Shown: piece by piece, positions 1 through 10,917 of the stretch
Position numbering within the stretch: the stretch's first letter is position 1
Layout of the letters: each line of letters starts with the position of its first letter
DNA from: Octopus sinensis
Taxonomy: Eukaryota
Reading direction: 5' to 3'
Assembly (NCBI RefSeq): GCF_006345805.1
Contig: NC_043000.1
Span: 14,074,001-14,138,000, forward strand
Length of the DNA: 64,000 bases
Notes under the pieces: generated by a model
What the model was told of the DNA's origin: nothing
What the model saw: only the letters and a program-made list of their open reading frames with translations
The model's database searches: none
Program-made: the position numbers and the translations under genes

Positions 1-420
1 TAACTGGATGCCCTTCCTAACGCCAACCACTCCGAGAGTGTAGTGGGTGCTTTTATGTGCCACCGGCACAAAGGCCAGTCAGGCAGTACTGGCAACAGCC
101 ACACTCAAATGGTGCTTTTTATGTGCCACCTGCACAGGAGCCAGTCCAGTGACACTGGCAACAACCTCACTTGAATGTTTTTTCATGTGCCACCAGCACA
201 AGTGCCAGTAAGGCGACGCAGGTAACGATCATGCTCGAATGGTGCTTTTTACATGGCAACGATCACGCTCGGATGGTGCACTTACTGTTCCACTAGCATG
301 GATGCCAGTCATCGAAATTGATTTCGATTTCACTTGCCTCAACAGGTCTTCGCAAGCAGAGTTTAGTGTCCAATGAAGGAAAGGTATGCATAAGTGGGCT
401 AGTTGCACCAGTGGGCTATA
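1..420 (-). mobile_element. Family E retroelement 3' region (GAT-tailed, RTE-like by inference), cut by window edge
   Basis: Colinear with 45279-45549 and with the reverse complement of 10145-10565; contains internal tandem GGTGCTTTT(T)ATGTGCCACC repeats. Confidence 0.7.
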
Positions 421-504
421 AACAATACAACTGGTCTGAGAGAAGATCAAATTGAAATATGATATTCATATAATGTAATTTATCAATGTCAATATATTGT
501 CAAA

Positions 505-725
505 GCAAGGTGGTGAGCTGGTAGAATCATGAGCACACTAGGCAAAATGCTTAGTGGCATTTTGTCAGCCTGAATGTTCTGAGTTCAAATTCTGCTGAAG
601 GCATCTTTGCTTTTCATCCATTCAGGGTCAATAAAATAAGTACCAACTGAGCACTGGACTTGATGTAACCAACTTAGACCCAACTCCAAAATTGCTGGCC
701 TTGTGCCAAAATTTGAAACCAATGT
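505..725 (+). mobile_element. Old family A-related tRNA-SINE
   Basis: Diverged GGTGAGCTGGTAGAA...GAGTTCAAATTCTGC head (box A/box B) followed by the CATCC...AATAAAATAAGTACC body. Confidence 0.7.
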
Positions 726-951
726 ACACTCATAGCATTGTATTTATTTGCACAGAATCATACATTTTCCTCCACCAAAACCACTTTGAAGTAGCTTTCA
801 GTAAGTGTATAGTGAAACTCGAAATTATTTTTCCAAAAAATATACTCATAAAATAGGGGTACCTTTTAATATGCCAGGAAATATGGTATTTTGTTTCTGA
901 AGACTCAACCAAAATCTTCAGCTTTGAGGGAGTGAAAATGAAAGAACTCAC

Positions 952-1094
952 CCTAAAATACAGTCATGCATATTGCGAGCTGTGGCTTGGTCCTCCACCT
1001 GCATCCACAATTCACCATGTCCTGTTGGAGCGAGACGTCCCACTTCCATGAAAAATAAGCAGTCTCGGTGGCCACACCGTCGAATATAACCAAG
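952..1094 (-). CDS. IRS: IRS exon, second half of PTB domain (not in ORF track)
   Basis: cttcAG|CTT GGT TAT ATT CGA CGG TGT...TTA GG|GTGAGT. The 143-nt exon (phase 0 to 2) encodes LGYIRRCGHRDCLFFMEVGRLAPTGHGELWMQVEDQATARNMHDCIL (cf. IRS1 [47 protein letters not shown]). Confidence 0.96.
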
Positions 1095-1299
1095 CTGAAG
1101 TGAAAGAAAAGAGAATCAGAAATATTCAATAACTTATTTATATGTTTCTTCCATTTGTGTGGTGATGTGTGGGGTATATATATGTGTGTATACAAGAGTG
1201 CATACAAATGTATGCCCGTTCATGTACGTATATTTGAGCACCTGCATGTATATATGAGCATCTGATTACATGAATGCATGTCAAATATTCTTTTCTACC

Positions 1300-1465
1300 C
1301 TAAGCACAAGGCCCGAAATTTTTGGGGAGGGGACCAGTCAATTAGATCGACCCCAGTATGCAACTGGTACTTAATTTATCAACTCCAAAAGGATGAAAGG
1401 CAAAGCTGACCTCGGCGGAATTTGAACTCAGAATGTAAAGACAGATGAAATACCACTAAGTATAG
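1300..1465 (-). mobile_element. Family A-related SINE fragment
   Basis: Reverse complement of the GAGTTCAAATTCCGCCGAGG...CTTTGCCTTTCATCC body. Confidence 0.7.
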
Positions 1466-1489
1466 TGTACAACAGATCCTTCCTGAGTC

Positions 1490-1718
1490 ATAAATAGACC
1501 CGGTCAGATTCCCAGTTTCTGCGGCACACATTGTCCTCCCACCCTGGATGGGATGCCAATCCGTTGCAGGATTACTCACTTTTTTCCAGCTGAGTGGACT
1601 GGAGCTATGTGAAATGAAGTAGTTTGCTCCAGGGCACAATGCATTGGCTGATCTGGGAACGGAAACCATAAACTTATAAGGAGCCCAACACCCTAACCAC
1701 TAAGCCATGTTCCTCCAC
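1490..1718 (-). mobile_element. SINE, head D plus tail 2
   Basis: tRNA-like head and CTCCAGTCCACTCAGCTG core as at 13560-13677; the 3' part resembles 5650-5735. Confidence 0.6.
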
Positions 1719-1995
1719 AGTGTATAATAGACATGCTAAATAGCACAGTGCATTACAATCATGTGAGATAGTGTAGTATGCAGGAAACATTGTAACACAT
1801 AGAAGACATTGGAAATTTGTAACGTAGTGCTGTCTGTTGGAGTATTAAGTGTTGTTACAGAGCCCCAGGTCAGTCAAAGTGTAACATCCCTCTACAAGAC
1901 ATTCCAACCATGACCATCTCACCTTTTATTCAGTCAGTAGATTTAAGAACTTCCTTATCCAATCTGTGTCGTTTTTCTAAGACGGTATGTTGTAA

Positions 1996-2227
1996 AGGCG
2001 GCGAGCTGGCAGAAGCGTTAGCACGCCGGGCGAAATGCTTAGCGGTATTTCGTCAGCGGCTACGTTCTGAGTTCAAATTCCGCCGAGGTCGACTTTGCCT
2101 TTCATCCTTTCGGGGTCGATAAATTAAGTACCAGTTACGCACTGGGGTCGATGTAATCGACTTAATACCTATGTCTGCCCTTGTTTGTCCCCTCTGTGTT
2201 TAGCCCCCTGTGGGTAATAAAGAAATA
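1996..2227 (+). mobile_element. Full-length family A tRNA-SINE with 12-bp TSD
   Basis: GGCGGCGAGCTGGCAGAA (box A)...GAGTTCAAATTCC (box B)...AATAAAGAAATA; flanked by GGTATGTTGTAA at 1984-1995 and 2228-2239. Confidence 0.92.
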
Positions 2228-2419
2228 GGTATGTTGTAAGTGGAGGGAGATATGGCTGCTGATCTAGCACTAGGTTTTATGTAGTGTTGTGAATTTGCAG
2301 ACACCCTTCCTCTCCCTTTTTCTCTCTCACGAACACGTGCATGCACACCCATACACACACACACAATTACTGTTTAAAAGTGAAACATAACATGAAGAGG
2401 AAACCCTTAAGTTACTTAC

Positions 2420-2559
2420 TTGGAATGTGACTTCAGGAACCCCTGAATTGAGTCGTACCAAGCTGATTTCATGGTTCGTTAAACAAAGCCGGAACTGACC
2501 TGTCATGTTTTTGGTAGCACCAAGATCTTTAGGTTTCACAGTTACCTGCCAGACATATT
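2420..2559 (-). CDS. IRS: IRS exon, first half of IRS-type PTB domain
   Basis: tttccAG|AA TAT GTC TGG...TTC CAA|GTAAGT. The 140-nt exon (phase 1 to 0) joins the PH exon as G+AA=Glu and encodes EYVWQVTVKPKDLGATKNMTGQFRLCLTNHEISLVRLNSGVPEVTFQ (cf. IRS1 [27 protein letters not shown]). Confidence 0.96.
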
Positions 2560-2803
2560 CTGGAAATAAAAGTAAAAAATACAAGGGGTGAGAATCAAAA
2601 TTAACCAGTTACTAAGGAACCAACACAGTGTAGGTTGTGAATACCTGTGCTGATGTCACATAGAAGAAGGACTGTTGCCATGCCATTGTCGTGTAGAGAA
2701 GCAATTATGCTGGTGTCACATAGAAAAGCACCTGTACTGGTGTCACGTAGAAAGCACCTATGCTGGTGCCATATAAAAAGAACCCAATACATTCTGTAAA
2801 GTG

Positions 2804-2940
2804 GTTGACATTAGGAAGGTCATCCAGCCATCCAAACTATAAAAAAACAGTTGACATTAGGAAGGTCATCCAGCCATCCAAACTATAAAAAAACAGTTGA
2901 CATTAGGAAGGTCATCCAGCCATCCAAACTGTAAAAAACA
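2804..2940. repeat. 46-bp tandem triplication inside an old family E copy
   Basis: Unit GTTGACATTAGGAAGGTCATCCAGCCATCCAAACTATAAAAAAACA starts at 2804, 2850 and 2896. Confidence 0.9.
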
Positions 2941-3058
2941 AACAAACAATTGGAGCCTTGGGGCAGCTCTCTAGCTAGCCAGCAGCTGTCAAACCGTTCA
3001 ACACATGCCAGCAGAAGAAAAAAAAAAAAGACCGTAAACGATAATTTATACATTGTAT

Positions 3059-3437
3059 TTACTCTTACTTGTTTCAGTCATTTGACTGTGGTCATGCTGG
3101 AGCAACGCCTTTAGTCAAACAAATCGACCCCAGGACTTATTCTTTGTAAGCCTAGTACTTATTCTATCGGTGTCTTTTGCCGAACTGCTAAGTTACAGAG
3201 ACGTAAACACACCAGCATCAGTTGTTAAGTGATGTTGGAGGGACAAAGGCACACACACATACATATACACATATACGACAGGCTTCATTCAGTTTCCGTC
3301 TACCAAATCCACTCACAAGGCTTTGGTCAGCCCGAGGCTTAGTAGAAGACACTTGCCAAAGGTGTCATGCAGTGGGACTGAACCCGGAACCATGTGGTTC
3401 GTAAGCAAGCTACTTACCACACAGCCACTCCTACGCC
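3059..3437 (-). mobile_element. Family B tRNA-SINE (CORE-like body, internal CA/TA microsatellite)
   Basis: Reverse complement of AGGAGTGGCTGTGTGGTAAG...GGTTCAGTCCC...CTTGGGCAAGTGTCTTCT...GACTGAAACAAGTAAGAG. Confidence 0.9.
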
Positions 3438-3604
3438 TGTGTATCAGTATAATTTTAGCAATACTAGAAAATGTCAACGCTTCAAGTCATAGTTAATACC
3501 AAATTGAATTGATGTACACACACGACAGGTTTCCACATGGTTACCGTCTCCCAAATTAATCCACAAGGCATTAATTGGCTCATGGCTATAGAAGAAGACA
3601 CTTG

Positions 3605-4409
3605 GGATCTTTAACTTTTGGCCTACAGATTTAAAAAATAATTTTTTGTAACTAAAGTTAAAGGAGTGGCTGTGTGGTAAGTAGCTTGCTAACAAACCAC
3701 ATGGTTGCGGGTTCAGTCCCACTGCGTGGCATCTTGGGCAAGTGTCTTCTGCTATAGCCCCGGGCCGACCAATGCCTTGTGAGTGGATTTGGTAGACGGA
3801 AACTGAAAGAAGCCTGTCGTATATATGTATATATATATATATGTGTGTGTTTGTGTGTCTGTGTTTGTCCCCCTAGCATTGCTTGACAACCGATGCTGGT
3901 GTGTTTACGGTCCCCGTCACTTAGCGGTTCGGCAAAAGAGACCGATAGAATAAGTACTGGGCTTACAAAGAATAAGTCCCGGAGTCGATTTGATCGACTA
4001 ATGGCGGTGCTTCAGCATGGCCGCAGTCAAATGACTGAAACAAGTAAAAGAGTAAAAGAGTAAAGAGTAAACACTTTCAAACTTCGGAGTAGTTTTCGTT
4101 TGTCACTGTTATTCATGCGATCGTTTGTGTGTTTGTACTACTTTTAAGGTTTTAGGGTTAGGGTTGTCATAACAGTGACAAACAACAGTAGTAATTTTAT
4201 TCAGCTGAATACACGTCATTGATTGGTTGAAATTACCGAAATACGAGAACTTTAAGGTGAAATATCTTCGTAAGTATAAGTTTTTCTCAAAAATTCTAAG
4301 AGTAAAACGTATTTTATATAACACATTCTGCCAGTGTCCGAAGTTTGAAAGTGTTTAGGTTACAAAAAATTATTTTTTTAAAAATCTGTAGGTCAAAAGG
4401 TAAAGATCC
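3605..4409. mobile_element. GGATCTTT-TIR MITE (Merlin-like) with exact 8-bp TSD, containing a SINE B insertion
   Basis: Left end GGATCTTTAACTTTTGGCCTACAGATTT; reverse complement of right end GGATCTTTACCTTTTGACCTACAGATTT; GACACTTG at 3597-3604 and 4410-4417. Confidence 0.85.
3661..4067 (+). mobile_element. Family B SINE nested in MITE
   Basis: Full-length copy from AGGAGTGGCTG to the (AAGAGTA)n tail; interrupts the MITE left inverted repeat. Confidence 0.92.
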
Positions 4410-4476
4410 GACACTTGCCCAAAGTCTCACGCACTGGGGCTGAATCCGAAAACACATGGTTACAGAGCGAGCTTTT

Positions 4477-4910
4477 GGATCTTTTCGGTTTGAACGGCAG
4501 TTTTTTAAAATAATTTCCACGTAATTAAACACTTTTAAACTTCGTATACTGGTAGAATCATCATCATCATCATCGTGTTTATAAAACATCTTTTTCTCTT
4601 GGATTCATTGAGACAATTCTGTAGTTTGTTAGATATTTGTTGTTGTTGTTTTTTCATCAATTTCTGCAATTTCAACCAACCAATGACGTCTATTGAGGTA
4701 AAAAAAACAAAAACATTCTGTACCGTATGAATATGTCCCTCGTTTAAGAAACAGATTAGGTTTGTTTACATTTGTGAAGAAAAAAAGATACCCTTCCCAC
4801 CACCCCTAAAACAGATTGAAATGCAATAGATCGATACTGGGGTCATAATTATGGGTGACAATTTCATATGACACCGCTAGAAAAAACTGTCGTTCAAACC
4901 GAAAAGATCC
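4477..4910. mobile_element. Second GGATCTTT-TIR MITE (Merlin-like) with 8-bp TSD
   Basis: 30-bp TIR GGATCTTTTCGGTTTGAACG(G/A)CAGTTTTTT at 4477-4506 and 4881-4910; GAGCTTTT at 4469-4476 and GAGCTTCT at 4911-4918. Confidence 0.88.
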
Positions 4911-5631
4911 GAGCTTCTAAACCACACAGTCATATGAGCGAACGAATATAAACCATTTTAATTCCCTTTGCCAAAGCCCTGCGACAAGGCATGAACGTCA
5001 CCCAATATCCATACACTTCAGTACAAATGTACTTGTGTATAAACACACGTGTGCATGCCTATCGCTTACGTCAGTGACAACAACCTGGTTTAACAAGAGT
5101 TGCCTCCCCTGGTCCAGTAGCTACGTAACGGCAATTGTTATTTTTAAAGTAGGTCGCGAATAAACACCATGTCTTAAAAATACACGACACCCCCAAAAAT
5201 AATATCAAAAAATAAATCTCAAGTTTTTGAACACGAGTTCGTTGGCAGTAAAGCTATGCTAACTTAGCACTACGCAATTACACTATCTGCAAGACAGTTC
5301 ATAATACAATATGAGCACTTGCACAAACTCACACGCAAGCACTGTACTGTACGGGTTTTAGGAGCAGCCAATACCATCCACATCGGTTGTTCTACGCTGT
5401 ACTTAATAGTACGTAATATTAAAGTACATAAGCTGTAGTAACAGCATATACACTAGTAGATTACTATAGGATATAGGCTGCAGTAAATATAGAGCCAATA
5501 ATAAGGTATATATGTAGACTCAGCAGTGTAGTTTATCGGACTAAATTCAGTAATAAAGACATAGGCTGTAGCAAAGGTTCTAGACAACAAATCTAGTAAA
5601 AATAATAGTTGTATTAAATACAGAAGTAATT

Positions 5632-5940
5632 TTTTATTTATTTATTTATGCGCCCTTTTCAAGCCTAGCCAGGTTCATGGGCCCGGTTTCCCGGTTTCTG
5701 TGGCGTATGTGTTCCCCTCAGCTGGACGGGACGCCAGTGCATCATCACAGCGTTACTCAAGAAACAGGAAGAAAGAGTGAGAGAAGGTTGGGGGCGAAAG
5801 AGTACAACAGGGGTCGCCACCACCCTCTGCCTGAACCTTGTGGAACTCTAGGTGTTTTCGCTCAATAAACACACGCAACGCCCGGTCTGGGAATCGAAAC
5901 CGCGATCCTCGGACTGCGAGTCCGCTGCCCTAACCACTGG
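5632..5940 (-). mobile_element. SINE, head C (tRNA-Arg-like) plus tail 2 with (TAAA)n end
   Basis: Head and body match 12438-12630, but the 3' end is different: ACTGGCGTCCCGTCCAGC...CCACAGAAACCGGG...GGGCGCATAAATAAAT. Confidence 0.85.
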
Positions 5941-6185
5941 GAAAAGTGGACATTAAATAATGATGATGACAGCATGACACCAATTGCTGAAGTCGTCGAT
6001 TCACAAAGCTATAATGGGTAGGCTATAAAAGTATTATAGACAACACTAGTATTCAAGTTGCAATAACATTAGTAGACGCACAAATATCCATAACTGAAGC
6101 TAACACAGTAATTTATAGGGTATCGACGACTTCAGCAATTGGTGTCATGCTGTCATCATTATCATCATTTAATGTCCACTTTTCC
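5940..6185. repeat. Inverted duplication, ~61/64-bp arms, 121-bp spacer
   Basis: 5940-6000 is the reverse complement of 6122-6185 apart from one 3-nt indel in the GAT tract. Confidence 0.92.
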
Positions 6186-6371
6186 ATGCTTGCATGGGTG
6201 AAATGGAATTTGTTGAGGCAGATTTTTGACAGCAGGGTGCCGATCCAGACGCCAACCTTCACACGTTTCCAAGCAAGGTAATATTTTCCCATAGCTAGAC
6301 AGGTTTTGTCAAGGAAGACTGGAAACAAACAATTCCACCTGTATGACAACGATGTACATTTACAGCCAATA

Positions 6372-6532
6372 CTTATTTCTTTATTACCCACAAGGGGCTA
6401 AACATAGAGGGGACAAACAAGGACAAACATAGGTATTAAGTCGATTACATCGACCCCAGAGCGTAGCTGGTACTTAATTTATCGACCCCGAAAGGATGAA
6501 AGGCAAAGTCGACCCCGGCGGAGTTTGAACTG
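6372..6532 (-). mobile_element. 5'-truncated family A SINE
   Basis: TATTTCTTTATTACCCACAAGGGG...GGCGGAGTTTGAACT is the reverse complement of the family A 3' part. Confidence 0.85.
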
Positions 6533-6851
6533 TTTAGACAAGAGTACACACATGCACACACGATTGGTTTCTCTCAGTTCTGTCTACTACTACCAGGCAC
6601 ACACATACACCACAGATTTCTTTCAGTTTCTACCTACCATTCACAAGGCTTTGGTAGGCCTAGGGCTACAGCAGAACACTGTTTCCCAAGTTTCTGTGCA
6701 ATGGGACTGAACCCATGACCACATAGTTGGGAAGCAAGCTTCTTAACCACACAGCCACACCTGTACCTAAACTGTAAACAACAGTTTGAAAGCTACAACA
6801 GCAGCAAAACACACTCAACAGCCGACCATACTCATGGAAAAGTCCACTTAC

Positions 6852-7137
6852 CAAAATGATAGGGGGTGTTCTGTAAATCTAGAAGACAATCTAACCACGC
6901 ATCCTGATCTTCGACATTCTCAGCTACGATGGAGAAACAGTCATCTTTGGTGAATAATGAAACGGCATGTTTATGTTTTGGGTCAATTTTTTTGTTTATA
7001 TTGAAGCAAGCATTCAGTTCGATGGAACGTTTTGGTACTGAATATGAACGATATTTCTTTTCAGAGTCGTAATATTCCAGTCGTGCAGGGCCCGAGTTGC
7101 TATTTCCCCGTAGGACGAAGAATTTCTTCTTCATCGT
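6852..7137 (-). CDS. IRS: Insulin receptor substrate (IRS/chico-like) internal exon, PH domain
   Basis: Minus strand reads ttttgcAG|ACG ATG AAG...CAT TTT G|GTAAGT. The 286-nt exon (phase 0 to 1) encodes TMKKKFFVLRGNSNSGPARLEYYDSEKK...CFNINKKIDPKHKHAVSLFTKDDCFSIVAENVEDQDAWLDCLLDLQNTPYHF, matching the IRS/chico PH domain (TMKKKFFVL, ARLEYY, CFNIN, conserved Trp). Confidence 0.96.
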
Positions 7138-7237
7138 CTGCAAAATAAAAGAAAGTGATTTTAAATACACAATTTTAGACAGACATTTCTTATTTTAAGT
7201 ATTCACAGTAGAATCTGTGGAAATTGTATTTGCTTTT

Positions 7238-7518
7238 TAACCTTCTTTTACTGGTTTCAAGTCATTGGACTGCTGTGGCCATGCTAGAGCACAGCCTTGA
7301 AGAATTTTAGTCAAACAAATTGCATCCAGTCCTTATTTTGCTTTGCAAGTCTGGTATTTATTCTATCGTCTCTTTTGGTGAACTACTAAGTCACAGGGAT
7401 GTAAACAAATTGACACTTGTCTCTCCCTACACACACCACCTGACACCCAAAGAGCCACACATGTATATATATACACACACACACATATATACACACACAC
7501 ATATATATACACACACAC

Positions 7519-7563
<45 letters not shown>

Positions 7564-8160
7564 CACACACACACACACACACATATATATACACACACAC
7601 ACACACATATATACACACACACACACACACACATATACACCACACACACACACACACATATATATACCACACACACACACACACACATATATACACACAC
7701 ACACACACACACATATATACACACACACACACACATATATATACACACACACACACACATATATATACACACACATATATATACACACATATATATACAC
7801 ACATATATATACACACATATATATACACACACATATATACACACACATATATATACACACATATATATACACACATATATATACACATATATATATACAC
7901 ATATATATATACACACACATATATATATACACACATATATATATACACACATATATATATACACACATATATATATACACACATATATATATACACACAT
8001 ATATATATATACACACATATATATATATACACACATATATATATATACACACATATATATATATACACACATATATATATATACACACATATATATATAT
8101 ACACACATATATATATACACATATATATATATACACATATATATATATACACATATATAT

Positions 8161-8241
<81 letters not shown>

Positions 8242-8544
8242 TATACACACACACACATATATATACACACACATATATATACACACACACATATATACAC
8301 ACACACATATATACACACACACATATATATACACACACACATATATATACACACACACATATACACACACACACATACATATATATACACACACACATAT
8401 ATATATATACACACACACATATATATACACACACACATATATATATACACACACACATATATATACACACACACATATACACACACACATATACACACAC
8501 ACACATATACACACACACACATATATACACACACACACATATAT

Positions 8545-8577
<33 letters not shown>

Positions 8578-8666
8578 TATATACACACACACACACATAT
8601 ATACACACACACACACACATATATACACACACACACACACATATATACACACACACACACATACAC

Positions 8667-8697
<31 letters not shown>

Positions 8698-8790
8698 CCA
8701 TATAATGTGCATACACACACGTCACAGTTCCTGCCTACCAAATTCACTCACAAGGCATTGGTTGACCCAGAGTCATAGAGGTCACTTGCC
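7238..8790 (-). mobile_element. Old family B SINE split by massive internal microsatellite expansion
   Basis: SINE tail half at 7238-7415 and head-side half at 8720-8790 (AATTCACTCACAAGGCATTGG...CACTTGCCCAA) flank the repeat. Confidence 0.75.
7461..8698. repeat. ~1.24-kb compound (CA)n(TA)m microsatellite
   Basis: Uninterrupted alternating purine-pyrimidine array; CA-rich flanks and a TA-richer centre. Confidence 0.98.
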
Positions 8791-9016
8791 CAAAACACAG
8801 ATGAAAGCCTACCATGACTGTTACACAAAATTTTTGATTATTCTAACACTGTCACTTTGCTGAAAACTGAGTCTCTGGATTTTTATGTGTTGTAATAAAC
8901 CCAACAAACTAAATAGTCTCCAGGTCTATGTTTACATGAAGTTATGCCAGGAGCCCCTCCCCCACACACAACAACAACAACTGGCCCACCTTCTCCGCTA
9001 GTCACTTTTTCCTTCC

Positions 9017-9426
9017 TTTTACTCTTTTACTTGTTTCAGTCATTTGACTGCGGCCATGCTGGAGCACCGCCTTTAATCGAGCAACTCGACCCCGGGACTT
9101 ATTCTTTTTGTAAGCCCAGTACTTATTCTATCGGTCTCTTTTTGCCGAACCGCTAAGTAACGGGGACATAAACACGCCAGCATCGGTTGTCAAGCAATGC
9201 TAGGGGGACAAACACAGACACACAAACACACATACATATATATATATATATATACATATATACGACAGGCTTCTTTCAGTATCCGTCTACCAAATCCACT
9301 CACAAGGCTTTAGTCGGCCCGAGGCAATAGCAGAAGACACTTGCCCAAGGTGCCATGTAGTGGGACTGAACCCAGAACCATGTGGTTGGTTAGCAAGCTA
9401 CTTACCACACAGCCACTCCTGCGCCT
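9017..9426 (-). mobile_element. Family B SINE, full length
   Basis: Colinear reverse complement of 3661-4067. Confidence 0.92.
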
Positions 9427-9680
9427 TTTATTTGAAGACTTAAGGAGAGCAATGGCAATAATCCTTTTTAGGGCCTCTAAAGTTTGGTGGGAGGAAGTGA
9501 GTTCCTCAGACTAGAGATCAGGTCCTGAATGCTTATAATAAAGTGGACGGTGCTGAAGGCAGCCAACATATCAGGTGATGGTTAGCATCATCCCCACAGC
9601 CCCAAACCCCTTACTTTTACCATTTTCTTATGTCTGCATGGAGAAGATGGCTTTGATTTTCTGGAGTGATTGTCATTTAA

Positions 9681-9891
9681 CCCTTTAGCATTCAGATTTC
9701 TTTGTGAAATTTATTGCTTATTTATCCATACTGTTTTTGAATTAATCACATATTATTTTGCAGCTTCAAAATTTAAATGGTGTGGCTATATATTTTTAAA
9801 ATGACATTGTAGGGTAGGTGTGAGAGGTTGGATCCAGACAGTTTTAACATAAAACAAATGGATTATTTGGGCCGGATTAAATGCTAAAGGG
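9681..9891. mobile_element. piggyBac-like MITE
   Basis: TTAA|CCCTTTAGCATT...AATGCTAAAGGG|TTAA, with TTAA at 9677-9680 and 9892-9895. Confidence 0.85.
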
Positions 9892-10126
9892 TTAAAGCTG
9901 AATGTTGTTACCTACATTAAACCAGTCCTCTGTGATGTCAGGAGCAGAATCTACATTTTATCAGCCAAGGCAGCTGGACAAACAGATTTAGGTGCCTTGT
10001 TTGATAGGGAGAACAAGCTGGCACTCTGTTGCTTATGACAATGAGTGTTCCAGTTGACCAATGGAGTATTCTGCTCACAAAATTATTATGGAAGTGGCAG
10101 AGCACTCCACAGACATGTACCATTAA

Positions 10127-10755
10127 CCTTTTAGTATTTAAGCCGCGCTAAGAGCACCATCTGAGTGTGATCGTTGTCAGAGCAACAAACTGGCTTCCAT
10201 ACTGGTGGCACGTAAAAAGCACCATTCAAGTGTGATCGTTACCTCCGTCACTTACTGGCACGTGAAAAAACATTCAAGCGAGGTTGTTGCCAATACCGCT
10301 GGACTGGCTCCTGTGCAGATGGCACATAAAAAGAATCATTTGAGCATGGCTGTTGCCAGTACCGCCTGACTGGCCCTCATGCCAGTGGCATGTAAAAGCA
10401 CCCACTACACTCTCAGAGTGGTGGTGTTAGAAAGGGCATCCAGCTGTAGAAACTCTGCCAGATTAGATTGGAGCCTGGTGCAGCCATCTGGTTCGCCAGT
10501 CCTCAGTCAAATCGTCCAACCCATGCTAGCATGGAAAGCAGACGTTAAATGATGATGATGATGATATCCAGCCCAAATATTCTACCTATTTTATGTTTAA
10601 ACTAGCTGGATCCAACCTCTTACACCTACCCAACAATGTCATTCTAAAATTAAATCTCATCAAAATTTTAAAGCTGTGAGAAAATGAATGACAAATTTTT
10701 AAAAATGTAAATAAATAAGCATTACATTTGACAGAATAACCTGAATGCCATAGGG
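10127..10755. mobile_element. Same piggyBac-like MITE family, interrupted by a family E element
   Basis: TTAA at 10123-10126 and 10756-10759; internal sequence matches 9681-9891 in reverse. Confidence 0.75.
10145..10565 (+). mobile_element. Family E retroelement 3' end with (GAT)n tail
   Basis: Ends GTCCAACCCATGCTAGCATGGAAAGCAGACGTTAAATGATGATGATGATGAT; internal tandem repeats. Confidence 0.85.
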
Positions 10756-10917
10756 TTAAAACAGTTCACAGGGAGATTCAGAATAACACAAAATGTGACA
10801 AGACTGGCCCTTTGAATTACAGCCACAAAGCATTTTTGCCAGCCAATTGGACTGGGGTAACATGAAATAAAGTACCTTGTTCAAGGACACAAAATGTTGA
10901 CAGGAATTAAATTCATG

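Noticed and set aside
4151-4168. TTAGGG telomere-like repeats
   Set aside because: Only two units, internal to a MITE.
7320-8747. Four ORFs of 432-461 aa (H/T/Y/I or C/V/Y/M-rich)
   Set aside because: They are translations of the (CA)/(TA) microsatellite, which lacks stops in most frames.
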